A DNA stretch of 64,000 nt from Alphaproteobacteria bacterium (GTDB lineage: Bacteria > Pseudomonadota > Alphaproteobacteria > Bin95), in the NCBI GenBank assembly GCA_964291285.2, contig OZ219785.1, positions 800,001-864,000 on the forward strand, written 5' to 3'. Positions 32,017 through 41,889 of this stretch are shown here, piece by piece (within the stretch, counting starts at the first letter, position 1; each line of letters starts with the position of its first letter). A program made the position numbers and the translations under genes. The notes beneath the pieces were generated by a model. The model was not told the origin of the DNA, did no database searches, and was given only the letters and a program-made list of their open reading frames with translations.

Positions 32017-34877
32017 CGCTCGCCGCGCTGAGAGAGCGCCATGGCGGCGCGGTGGTGGTGGTGGACGAGATGTCGCTGGCGGGCACGGCGCAGGCGCGCG
32101 CGCTGCTGCGGATTGCCGAGCGCCTCGATATCGCCCGGCTCGTGCTTGTGGGCGACAGCCGGCAGCTGCGCGGCGTGCAGGCGGGCCAGCCCTTCCGGCA
32201 GATGCAGCAGGCGGGCTTGGGCGTCGCGGAGATGGACGAGGTTCGCCGGCAGCAGGACCCGGACCTGCTGGCCGCCGTCCAGGACATGATCGAGGGCGAG
32301 CCGGGCGCGGCGCTGGAGCGTCTCGGAGGCAACCTGCGGGAACTGCCGGCCGAGGAGATCGCGGGCATGGCGGCCGCGCTCTGGCTGCGGCTCTCGCCCG
32401 GGGCGCGGGCGGGGACGGCGCTGCTGGTTCCGACGCGCGCGCTCAGGGCCGAGGTCGAGGAGGCGGTGCGCGAGGGCCTCGAAGCCGAGGGCGCCCTGCA
32501 CGGGTCCTCCATCGGGATCGAAACGCTCGTGCCCCTCAACCTCACGCGCGCGGAGACGGGCGACGTGCGCAACTGGCGCGAGGGCGACATCGCGCTCTTC
32601 AACCGCGAGCGGAAGAACTACCGCATCCGCAAGGACGACGCCTGCACGGTGATGGAGGTGGAGGAGGACCGGGTGATCCTTGCCCATCCCGATGGCCGGC
32701 CGCGCCACCTGAAGCCCGGCGGCGACCTGCGCTACCGGCTGGACCTGTTCGAGGCGAAGACGCTGCGGATCAGGGAGGGCGAACGGCTGCGCTGGACCCG
32801 CAACGACAGGGAGCGCGGCCTCGTCAACGGCGACCGTGTGGAGGTGGCCGCGATAGGAACCGGAGCGCTCCGCATGCGCCTCTCCGACGGGCGGGAGACG
32901 CGATTCGCGCTCGACGACCCGCAGCTTCGTCATCTTGCATACGCCTATGCGTCCACCGTGCATGCGGCGCAGGGGCAGACGCACGACCGTGTGGTCGCGG
33001 TGCTGGACACGGGCGCGGGGCCGCTGGTGAACCAGCAGACGCTCTATGTGCAGCTGAGCCGGGCGCGCGAGGAGGCGCTGGTGCTGACCGACAACCGCGA
33101 GCAGCTTGTGGAGACGCTGGAGGCGAACACGGGCGAGCGGCTGACGGCGCTGGAAGCCATCGGCGAGGCGGAGACGATGAAGGCGCCGGCGAAGCGTGCG
33201 GTCTCCGGGGAGGCGGCGTCTGCGTTCCTTGACGGCCTGCGCGCGGAGCGGGAGCGCCGCGCCGAAGCGGCGGCGGCCTTGCGCCGGCTGGCGGAGGCCG
33301 AAGCAGCGCTTGCCGCGGCCCGCGCCCATGCGCAGGAAGCCGGATGCGCCTTCGCCGCCCTGCCGGCGGTCGGGCCCGGCGGCGGTCAGACCCTCCGCGA
33401 CCGCATTGCGGCGGCCGAAATCGTGCAGGAAGCGGCGCATGATGTCTCGGCTGCCGCCCATGCGGTGCTGGAGGCGGCGAAGGCGGCGGACCGCGTCCCG
33501 CCGCTCGACGATGCCGCGATGGAGGCGGCGAAGACGGGTGAGGCGGAGGCCGCGGCGCGCCTTGTGGCATACCGGTCGCTGGAGACGGCCGTGACGGCGG
33601 CGAACAGGGCGTCCGGACGGCTGGCGCCCGCAGGCGCGCTCCGCGACAAGGATATCGACGGGGCTTCGATGCAGCGCCATGGCGCCGCCGCCCGGGAGGC
33701 GGCCGCCGCCTTCGACACCCTCGCGCAAAAGGCGCGGGCAGCGGGCGAGGCGGCGCTGGCCCGGCGCGCGCGGGAGAGGGGCACTACCTGCGGCGGAGTG
33801 CGATAGCGAGGCAGCGCTGGCCCGGCGCGCGCGGGAGAGGGATGTCGAAATCTCCGCAGCCGGGCACGCTCGCCGCGCTGGCCCGGCGCGCGCGGGAGAG
33901 GGAGGCGCCCGTCGTCCAGAAACCCTTCGGTGATCGCGCTGGCCCGGTGCGCGCGGGAGAGGGCTTCGGACCTCGGGCTGGCGGCGCTGCACTGGAGCTA
34001 CAGGCTGGCGGGCCACCGGTTCGCGGTGGCGCGGCTGGCCGAGCGGGACATGGCGCTGCCGCACACGGTCGGGGACGTGCGGCGCTGGCAGGACCTGCGC
34101 CGGCGCCAGGCGGACGCGCGGACCGGGGCGGCAGCCGCGGCCGAGGCGGTCGCGCCGGAGAGCGCGGACGCGGCGGCCCGGTGGCGTGAACAGGCGGCGG
34201 ACTACCGCAAGCAGGCCGGCGCGATACGCGGCTCGCTGGCGGAACTGGAGGGGCTGAAGACGCTGGTGCGGACCGCGGAAGCCGCGTCGGACGACGCGGC
34301 GGCATGGAGCGCGGCGGCGGGCGCGGCGGAGACGATCCGGAAAGGCTCCGGCCGGGGTCTGGAGGATGAGGCCGCGCGCGTGCGTGACGAGGAGGCGCGC
34401 CGCCGACAGGAAGGGCGCGAGGCGGCGCGGGCACGTTTCGAGACCCTGAACTCGGAATGGGACGCGTTCGAGAGGGCGGTCAGGGCCGGGGGGCGGGTCG
34501 GCTTTGCGGACAAGCGCAGCCGGCAATATGTCGACCGCGCGCGGCGGCTGGAGGCGGACCCCGATCTCGATGCGGAAGCGAAGGAGACGCTCGCGGCGTT
34601 CCTGCACGAGCACGATGTCGTGCGCCCGAAGGTCGTCCGGCGCTGCCGGGAGCTGTTCGCGCAGTGGAACGCGGTCCGCGCAACGGCAAGGGCCCGCGGC
34701 GTCGGCCGGTTCATCCCTCCGGAGAGCGCGGAGGTCGTTGCGGGGATGCGCAAGCTCGCCGCCGAGAGCCCGGAGCACCTGACGCGCAGACAGAAGGAGA
34801 CATTCGAGACGATCGCCGAGGAATACGTCCTGCATGTCGAGCGGCAGCGGACATGGGTGATGACCATGAGGCCGTGA
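32013..34877 (+). pseudogene. C-terminal helicase half of the MOBF relaxase, interrupted by the repeat-spacer array
   Basis: Walker B VVVDEMSL, LVGDSRQL, YAYASTVHAAQGQT, YVQLSRAR; 32052..33806 and 33930..34877 share one frame. Confidence 0.88.
33753..33963 (-). CRISPR. CRISPR-like mini-array (4 x 28-bp repeats, 3 x 33-bp spacers), no cas genes in window
   Basis: Repeat GCGCTGGCCCGGCGCGCGCGGGAGAGGG at 33753, 33814, 33875 and 33936 (last has one mismatch); three different spacers of exactly 33 bp. Strand inferred from similarity to the type I-E repeat. Confidence 0.7.
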
Positions 34878-35228
34878 GCGAGCGGGCCGGACCCCGGCGG
34901 CGGGCGCTGTTGTCCTCATCGGTCGGACAGCAGGGCGACGGGACGACTGCAACCATGGCCGAAGACCCTGGCAGAAGACGGGGAACGCGTCAGCTTCCGG
35001 GAACGCCGCCTGCCCGCGACGCGAGAGCCGCATGTCCGGCGCTGCAACGGCCATGCAATCCAGGCTCGAAAGCCGCATGATCCACCATGCAATCCGGCAA
35101 TATGCGACACAGTGAATATTGTATATCCATTCCCGATTCAACAATGAAAACAGAATGTTGGTGCCATGACTGAACTATATGATATATCCACAACATCCGT
35201 AACGAAGGCCATATAACCTGCTGTCCGG

Positions 35229-35678
35229 TCATCCTGCGCCGCCCGTTCTCCCGCCACCGGCCCGCATCGCCGCCCGGCGGGCGATGTCGGCAGCGCGCTC
35301 CGGGCCGGTGACCGGCGCCAGCAACGCTTCCATCCCGCTCCTTCGGCCCTCGCGCACCATTTCGTCGAGGCGCGCCTCGAACAGCAGCGCGACGGTCTCG
35401 CGAAGCCCGGTGGGCGCATCGCCGGAAAGGCCCGACAGCGCCGCCGCCGCGCCGAGCACCGCATCGTGCAGGCCGCGTTGCCGCTTTCCGTCCAGCACCA
35501 GCCCATGGCCGGCCTCCCCGGCGCCGATGCCCGTGCGCTTCAGAACCCGGCCCACGATGTATGGCGAGGTCCGCATGCCGGCCCGTTCCGCAAGCTCCCG
35601 CATCCGCGCCCATTGCTGCGGCGTGCAGGAGATCGAATGCGACACCGGGAGCTCTTCGGGAGCCTTCCGCCCCCTCAC
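35229..35678 (-). CDS. Ribbon-helix-helix (MobC-like) protein 3
   Basis: HSISCTPQQWARMRELAERAGMRTSPYIV. Confidence 0.7.
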   Translation of the reverse strand: MRGRKAPEELPVSHSISCTPQQWARMRELAERAGMRTSPYIVGRVLKRTGIGAGEAGHGLVLDGKRQRGLHDAVLGAAAALSGLSGDAPTGLRETVALLFEARLDEMVREGRRSGMEALLAPVTGPERAADIARRAAMRAGGGRTGGAG

Positions 35679-36037
35679 GGCGAACCGTCCCCGAACAGGT
35701 CCGCGCCGCCGCCCGCGGGACGAGAACCGCCGCCGCGCCTGGCACGGCCTTCCTTCCGCTGCCGGAACCGAAGCTCGCTGGCAAGGAATGCGAGCGCCTC
35801 GGCCATCGTCACCCCGCTGCCGGGCAGGGGGCCGGCAAGCCCGTCGCCGAGGGACGCAGGCCGGACCGCGCTGTCGTGCAGGGCGCGCTGCTCGTCGCCC
35901 GTCAGCGCCATCCGGCAGTCCTCGCCCAGCACCTCCCTCAGGATGAAGGCCGAGGTCTTCATCCCCGCTTCCTCCGCCAGCGCCCGGATCGCCCGCCAGT
36001 CCGACTGCGGGCAGGTGATGCAGTATTGCCGGGCCAT
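35675..36037 (-). CDS. Ribbon-helix-helix (MobC-like) protein 2
   Basis: YCITCPQSDWRAIRALAEEAGMKTSAFILR; overlaps the next start. Confidence 0.7.
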   Translation of the reverse strand: MARQYCITCPQSDWRAIRALAEEAGMKTSAFILREVLGEDCRMALTGDEQRALHDSAVRPASLGDGLAGPLPGSGVTMAEALAFLASELRFRQRKEGRARRGGGSRPAGGGADLFGDGSP

Positions 36038-36038
36038 C

Positions 36039-36359
36039 TCAGCCCTCCCGCCCGTCGGCCGCCACAGACGCCTCGGCTTCCTCCACCAGCCGCCGCCAGA
36101 CACCGCCCCGGCCCTCGTCCTCGAAGCGCATGCGCTCCGCCAGCACGAGAAGGCGCAGGTCCACCAGCGCGCGGCGCCTCACCGCCAGGGGGAAGTCTTC
36201 CGGGCTCACCGCCGCCGGCTCCTCAGGCGCGAGCCCGCGCGAGACGAGGTACTCCGAGGCCGACAGGTCCGCCCTGCCGGCGCGGCTGCGGACCAGGCAC
36301 CAGTCGCTGTCGGTCGCCATCACCGAGTGCGGCCTCTTCCTGCCGTCATCCCCCGCCAT
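36039..36359 (-). CDS. Ribbon-helix-helix (MobC-like) protein 1
   Basis: HSVMATDSDWCLVRSRAGRADLSASEYLVSR; RBS GGAGAGG. Confidence 0.65.
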   Translation of the reverse strand: MAGDDGRKRPHSVMATDSDWCLVRSRAGRADLSASEYLVSRGLAPEEPAAVSPEDFPLAVRRRALVDLRLLVLAERMRFEDEGRGGVWRRLVEEAEASVAADGREG

Positions 36360-36454
36360 CACGCCTCTCCCGCCCCGGGACACAGGCATGACCTGTGCCT
36401 CCCGACCGTGAACCACAGAAACGATACATCCGTGCCTATCCGCTTGTTTCATAC

Positions 36455-36748
36455 ACCCTACTACGACCGCACCGCCGACTACGACGCTCTGATGGTCAAA
36501 CGCAACGCCCCCCGCTGGATCCGAATGCTCCGACGATACGGCTACATCGCACCCGTCAACGCGCCAGAACTCAAGGCCGCCTGAGCCTCCTGAAACACGC
36601 CAGACGGCAACGCGGGACTGCTACGGGCCACATCGGGGAAGTCCACCGCTCGTCTCCGCCGAGCCGATCCCGGCCATACCCGCCAACTCCGCAACACGGC
36701 GTTGGAACCGCTCCGCGCGCCCTTCGGCCGAATCTGTTTCACGGCAAA
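36455..36748 (+). mobile_element. Probable IS110-family 3' remnant with non-coding tail
   Basis: PYYDRTADYDALMVKRNAPRWIRMLRRYGY resembles IS110 C-termini; followed by an end-like CACAGCGCAACTTTCT related to 7597..7612. Confidence 0.5.
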
Positions 36749-36839
36749 AACACCACAGCGCAACTTTCTGTGTTCTTGACGCTCAACGGGCGGAAAGTCA
36801 TACTACCCAAGAGAGGGGAATCTTCAGAAGGTTTTCACG

Positions 36840-37634
36840 ATGGCCGGGTTCGAGCAGGCGTTCGATGACGTGGAACAGGCTGCCGAAGCAGCGCGGAAAG
36901 CTGCCGGGCGATTGGCGTCCATTGCAAGCGCGTTGAAAAAGGCTGCGCGGGAAGGCAATGTCGCGGGCATCCGGCGCGGGCCGGACCGACTCGGGAAGGC
37001 GATGGAGGAGGCGCGGCAAGAGGTCGAGCGCGCCGCCGCCAGTTGGCCTTTCTCTGAAACTGAAGAAACCGACTATTTGAAGAACGAATACGCGGCGGAA
37101 TTGCAGGCTGTGTCGGCAGAGAAGGGCCTGAGCCTGTATGAACGCGACGGCCAACTGATATCCCCGCCGTCTATCCTGAGAATCCTCCCCGACAGGCGCT
37201 CCGTTATGCTGGACCGGAAGAGCCGGTCCACGATCCGACCTTCATGGCTCGCGGAGCTTCTGCTTCGTAACCAGGGCAAGTCCAGCGGCTTCACGCCGGC
37301 GCAATTCCTGGAAGCGCTCTATGCCGTTTACGCCGACATAACCGGCCTGTCCTCCTTGATGTCGAAGCAGGGCGGCGGCGTCGTGCCGCTGGCCCGTATC
37401 TACCGGCTGATGACTGCCCTGCCGGGTATCGGCCGCAATTACGACCGGATGGATTTCGGCAGGGACCTGTACATTCTGGATTCGAAAGGACCGCACCGAA
37501 CCAAGAAGGGGGCGGAAGTGTCCTTTTCGTCATCTGGGGGCAAATACCGTCCTCGCGACCTTTTCTATTTCGTCGATCCCAACGGGGTCAGTATAGATTA
37601 TTACGGGATTCGCTTCAGGGAAAATTCCGAATGA
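36840..37634 (+). CDS. Hypothetical protein, first gene of the candidate defence operon
   Basis: Clean 264-aa ORF with helical N-terminus; ATGA overlap with the next gene. Confidence 0.8.
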   Translation: MAGFEQAFDDVEQAAEAARKAAGRLASIASALKKAAREGNVAGIRRGPDRLGKAMEEARQEVERAAASWPFSETEETDYLKNEYAAELQAVSAEKGLSLYERDGQLISPPSILRILPDRRSVMLDRKSRSTIRPSWLAELLLRNQGKSSGFTPAQFLEALYAVYADITGLSSLMSKQGGGVVPLARIYRLMTALPGIGRNYDRMDFGRDLYILDSKGPHRTKKGAEVSFSSSGGKYRPRDLFYFVDPNGVSIDYYGIRFRENSE

Positions 37635-38596
37635 ACAACATGATTGTCCTCGACGACTGGCTTGAGGCTATCGACCGGGAGTATCTGGCCGACTTCATTG
37701 GCGCAGGTGGCGCGGCTGTCAAATTCGCTGTTGCCGAGGAGAAAGGAAGGCTCGCGCTGTCCGCGGCATTGAAGGCTCGCGGCGAGTCGTCAGGGTATCT
37801 GTTCGTCCGTCTGGATGCAGCTACTTGCCGGGCTCATATGCCGCAAGACCTCTTCTTCGGCGTGGCACGGCAGGTCGATTGGCGGTTTCTGGCTCGTCGC
37901 GCTATCCAGAGCTTTCTGGTTGAAGAAGGTTTCGAGGTCGAGGGAGTCGATGCCCAGGAGCCTCGCATGATCGATTCCATTATCGCCGCAAACAGCTCCG
38001 GGCGTGACTATGTAGGTGGTGTGTTGAGGCCGTATCTTGAAAACCGGATTTTCAGAAACGCCGATCTCTCCAAAGCGTTCCGCATCGCTATGCTGCACCT
38101 CTGCCGGTTTGAGATTCAGGATACCGCAGGGATGGAACGCTATCCGGGGCAGGCTCTTCTGGACTGGTTGACGGGCGAAGACAACAGGATCGGGCAGTTG
38201 CGCGATTTCCAGATCAGGACCCGGATCGACCGGACCACGGCTCGATATTTCCTGGAGTCTGCCTGCCACTGGATACGACAATCCGGCTGTTCCGGTATGA
38301 TTCTCCTCTTGGACAATGCCCGCGTGACCGTGGGACGAAATCCGAGGGACGGCTTGAGATACTACACCAAAGCCATGACGCTGGACCATTACGAAGTGCT
38401 GCGGGAATTTATCGACGACGCAGACCGGCTATCGAGCCTCCTGTTCGTCGTGGCGACTGACTATGGATTCCTTGATGAGTCCTCACGGAGTAGCAGAGGC
38501 TGGATCATCTATTCGGCCTTGCGTACGAGAATCATGGACGATGTTCGAGACAGAAATGTTGTCAATCCGGTTTCCTCTCTGGTCAGAATATCCTGA
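37631..38596 (+). CDS. DUF2791/BrxD-like P-loop-fold protein with degenerate Walker A
   Basis: GAAVKFAVAEE in place of the P-loop, LLDWLTGE, GCSGMILLLDN, YEVLREFIDD, YSALRTRI. Confidence 0.65.
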   Translation: MNNMIVLDDWLEAIDREYLADFIGAGGAAVKFAVAEEKGRLALSAALKARGESSGYLFVRLDAATCRAHMPQDLFFGVARQVDWRFLARRAIQSFLVEEGFEVEGVDAQEPRMIDSIIAANSSGRDYVGGVLRPYLENRIFRNADLSKAFRIAMLHLCRFEIQDTAGMERYPGQALLDWLTGEDNRIGQLRDFQIRTRIDRTTARYFLESACHWIRQSGCSGMILLLDNARVTVGRNPRDGLRYYTKAMTLDHYEVLREFIDDADRLSSLLFVVATDYGFLDESSRSSRGWIIYSALRTRIMDDVRDRNVVNPVSSLVRIS

Positions 38597-38616
38597 ATGA
38601 AGGGTAAGCCATAGCC

Positions 38617-39894
38617 ATGTCTACACAATCGAACGGCGACGCAGCAATTATATCCCGACGGGCGATAGAAGCACTGAGAAGCGGGGTGCCCAACCGGGAT
38701 GCAGTGCGTGAGCTCGGCAGCAGCCAGCCGGAGGCGGAGCGGCAATTCATCGAAATGCTGGAACGAAGCACCGGTTTCGGTCGGCCGCTACCGGCAACGC
38801 GCGGGATGCTGGTTTCGGGAGATTTCGGAGCAGGAAAGTCTCATCTTTTGGCTCATTTCGAGCAGCTTGCTCTATCGAAGAATTTCGTTTCTAGCCGAGT
38901 CGTGATTAGCAAGGAGACCCCTCTATACGATCTAGGAAAAGTGTTTACCTCGGCAGTTGAAAAAGGAAAACTTCCTGGGAGAAATGGTCTATTCATGGAG
39001 GAATTATCCTTGGCGCTGAAGCCCGGAACAGAAAACTACGATCTGTTTTCCGGCGCCATTGCCAAGGCGGCGCTAGATGGCCAGATGAGTATGATATTTC
39101 CCGCGACTCGTATCGTGCACGAGCGGTCTCAAGATCAGGATATAATTGGCGAGATTGAGTCTTTTTGGGCTGGGGACAGAATTGCAGTTGCGAGTGTAAG
39201 GAAAGGGTTGTCGTCGATTGGAGAAGCGCAAAATTATCGTTTTCCTGCGCCGAAGGCTTCCGAGTTGCCTTTGCAACGCTTGCGATTCGCTGCCGAACTC
39301 ATACGCGGAGCGGGATACGCCGGTTGGGTCATTTTTCTGGACGAAATTGAGTTGATCGGCAATTATTCGATATTGCAGCGAGGGCGTTCTTACGCCGAGA
39401 TCGCACACTGGGTGGGGCGCGCGCCGGAAACGGACCGGTCGGGGTTAATCACGGTTGGCGCGGTTACGGGCGATTTTGTGCCGGCGGTTATTGACGCAGA
39501 CGGCAAGCAGGATGGGGACAAGATCGTTCCCCGGCTGCAAGGGAGCGCGCGATATGGAAATCTTGCCGCTTCGGCCGAAGCTGGTATGGAAGTGTTGAGA
39601 CAGGATGTCTTCGCATTGCAGCCCGTCGGGGAGATGGATGTTGAAGCGACGCTGGGGAAGCTGCGCGATATTTATGCCAAGGCGTATAAGTGGCGGCCAC
39701 CCTCGGCTTCGGTGGCATCGGGGACCGCCGGTCACATGAACCAGATGCGCTACAAGGTCAGGTCAGCAATCAACGAATGGGACTTGCTCAGGTTGCGTCC
39801 AGGTTATCGGCCGGAAATCGAAGCACAAGAGTTTCAGCATGACTATGGCGAAGACTCCGATCTGGAAAAGCCGGCTGCGGACAATGTGGAATAA
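38617..39894 (+). CDS. DUF2791/BrxD-like ATPase
   Basis: RAIEALRSGVP N-terminus; Walker A GDFGAGKS; Walker B VIFLDEIE. Confidence 0.85.
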   Translation: MSTQSNGDAAIISRRAIEALRSGVPNRDAVRELGSSQPEAERQFIEMLERSTGFGRPLPATRGMLVSGDFGAGKSHLLAHFEQLALSKNFVSSRVVISKETPLYDLGKVFTSAVEKGKLPGRNGLFMEELSLALKPGTENYDLFSGAIAKAALDGQMSMIFPATRIVHERSQDQDIIGEIESFWAGDRIAVASVRKGLSSIGEAQNYRFPAPKASELPLQRLRFAAELIRGAGYAGWVIFLDEIELIGNYSILQRGRSYAEIAHWVGRAPETDRSGLITVGAVTGDFVPAVIDADGKQDGDKIVPRLQGSARYGNLAASAEAGMEVLRQDVFALQPVGEMDVEATLGKLRDIYAKAYKWRPPSASVASGTAGHMNQMRYKVRSAINEWDLLRLRPGYRPEIEAQEFQHDYGEDSDLEKPAADNVE

Positions 39895-39921
39895 AGGGCG
39901 GCATTAGCCGGCCGGACTCCG

Positions 39922-41889
39922 GTGGCCATCGGACGGAATGAAATGGCGGCGGAAGCGAGCATTGTTGCGTGGTTGCGGATAGTACCGTTTAGGGATCGCG
40001 ACGGCGTTTGCACAGCCCTTCTGGAGACTTCACCGGAAGGGGAGCTGCTTGGCTTCGGCGTTGCGGGCGGCGGCGAATGGCGCGAAGCCGGCGGACCGGT
40101 CGCGGCGCTCTTTCGGTCTGCGGCGCATTCGCCAGCGCTGGCGGTCGCCCGCGCGGACGAAGTGTCCGCCAGCATGTTGCGGAAAATTCCTCAAATTACA
40201 GCGTTGTTCTGCCTTATCAGCTCGGCGGACGGACGGCCGGGCGCCGCCGTGTCGTGGGCGGGGGTGCCGCCTGCGCCCGCCTCGCCCGCCGGCCGTACCT
40301 TCGCTGCGCTGATGGCCCGACGTGACCCGTTCGAACCTCTGGAGCGCGTGGCGGCGGCGCTCCGCCTGACCTTCGCCGACGCTCAATTTGGACAGGCCGC
40401 CCACATTCCGGGCCTCCACGTGCAGTTTTCGTTGCCAAGGGACGCCGCCCGTTCCGGCAGCGGCATGGGGCAGGACCTAGCCAGCAGGCTTCGCGCCACG
40501 CTGGCCGCGCCTTCGGGGCCACCGCGGGTCGATGCGAACGCACCGCAGAATTGGGCCGGCGAGTTGATGCCGTTTCAGCAGGACGGGGTGCGGGCGCTTC
40601 TGGAGATGGATCGGCTGTTGCTGGCGGATGATATGGGGCTCGGCAAGACCGTGCAGGCCGTCGCCGCGCTCCGCATTCTGGCGGCGCGGGACAAGGTCGG
40701 CCCTGCCCTGGTGGTCGCGCCGGCGAGCGTGCTCGACCAATGGCGGCGGGAACTTGCCAAATGGGCGCCGGAGCTTTCCGCCATCGTCGTGCGCGGTTCG
40801 ATGGACGACCGGACATGGCAATGGCGGGCGCGCAAGGACGTGACGCTGGTCGGCTACGAGACATTGCGTTCGGACGTCGGTCGCATCCCGGCGCTTCGGC
40901 CGCCGGGAGAAGCCTGGAGCGCGGTCGTCGCCGACGAGGCGCAGCGGATCAAGAACCGCAACGACACCAGCCAGGCGGTAAAGAGCCTTGCCAGAACCCG
41001 GTCCTGGGCGCTTACCGGCACGCCCGTCGAGAACCACGAGGACGAGTTGGCGTCCATCATGGAGTTCGTGGACCATCGCAAGGACGCGCCGCCCGCGCGC
41101 TATCATCCCGGCCCCGCCCTGTTGAAGCGCCACCGGGAGTTACAGCTGCGGCGCAGGAAAGGCGATGTTCTGGCGGACCTGCCACCTAAGCTGGAGACGA
41201 AGCTGACGGTCGCCCTGCGCTCCGACCAGAGGCAGAGCTACGATGTCGCGGAGCAGGAAGGAATCGTCTACCTTAGGTCCCTTGGCGCAAATGTTACGGT
41301 CCAGCATATTCTGGAGCTCATTACCCGTCTGAAACAGATATGCAATTTCGACCCGAAGACAGGCTCATCCAGAAAAATGGACGACATAAAGGATAAGTTG
41401 CAGGAAATATCGGCGCGCGGGAACAAGGCCCTTATTTTCTCGCAATATGCCAACGACATATCAGGTGTCGGGGCAGCGGCTAGGCATTTGCAGGAATTCG
41501 ACCCGCTTGCCTTGACAGGCGAGATTCCGGTGGAGGAACGCTTCTCCATTGTTGAGCGGTTCCGAACTTCGGACAGACACAAGGCGATGATTATATCGCT
41601 GCGCGCCGGCGGTGTTGGGCTGAATTTGCAAGAGGCGTCATATGTCTTCCATCTCGACCGCTGGTGGAACCCCGCAGTGGAGCGGCAGGCGGAGGATAGG
41701 GCGCATCGAATCGGTCAGACGGCTAAATTGAGTGTCATAAAGTATATTTGCGCGGATACCATCGAACAACGCATCGACCGGATACTCGACGAAAAGCAGC
41801 AGTTGTTCGACGAGCTTGTCGACGATGTATCGCTCGATTTGTCGATACGGTTGAGTCGCAAGGAATTGCTGGGATTGTTCGGGCTTTAA
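39922..41889 (+). CDS. SNF2-family helicase/ATPase with unknown N-terminal domain
   Basis: LADDMGLGKT, DEAQRIKN, LTGTPVEN, LRRRK, GGVGLNL, WWNPAVERQAEDRAHRIGQ; start uncertain. Confidence 0.92.
   Translation: MAIGRNEMAAEASIVAWLRIVPFRDRDGVCTALLETSPEGELLGFGVAGGGEWREAGGPVAALFRSAAHSPALAVARADEVSASMLRKIPQITALFCLISSADGRPGAAVSWAGVPPAPASPAGRTFAALMARRDPFEPLERVAAALRLTFADAQFGQAAHIPGLHVQFSLPRDAARSGSGMGQDLASRLRATLAAPSGPPRVDANAPQNWAGELMPFQQDGVRALLEMDRLLLADDMGLGKTVQAVAALRILAARDKVGPALVVAPASVLDQWRRELAKWAPELSAIVVRGSMDDRTWQWRARKDVTLVGYETLRSDVGRIPALRPPGEAWSAVVADEAQRIKNRNDTSQAVKSLARTRSWALTGTPVENHEDELASIMEFVDHRKDAPPARYHPGPALLKRHRELQLRRRKGDVLADLPPKLETKLTVALRSDQRQSYDVAEQEGIVYLRSLGANVTVQHILELITRLKQICNFDPKTGSSRKMDDIKDKLQEISARGNKALIFSQYANDISGVGAAARHLQEFDPLALTGEIPVEERFSIVERFRTSDRHKAMIISLRAGGVGLNLQEASYVFHLDRWWNPAVERQAEDRAHRIGQTAKLSVIKYICADTIEQRIDRILDEKQQLFDELVDDVSLDLSIRLSRKELLGLFGL

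Noticed and set aside
31346-33232. 628-aa ORF, and the tail of 23507..25162, as real proteins
   Set aside because: Chimeric read-through across the inversion breakpoints into out-of-frame sequence.
36840-41889. Calling the operon canonical BREX or Shango
   Set aside because: No PglZ, PglX, TerB-like or Lhr-type gene is visible; the helicase is SNF2-type.
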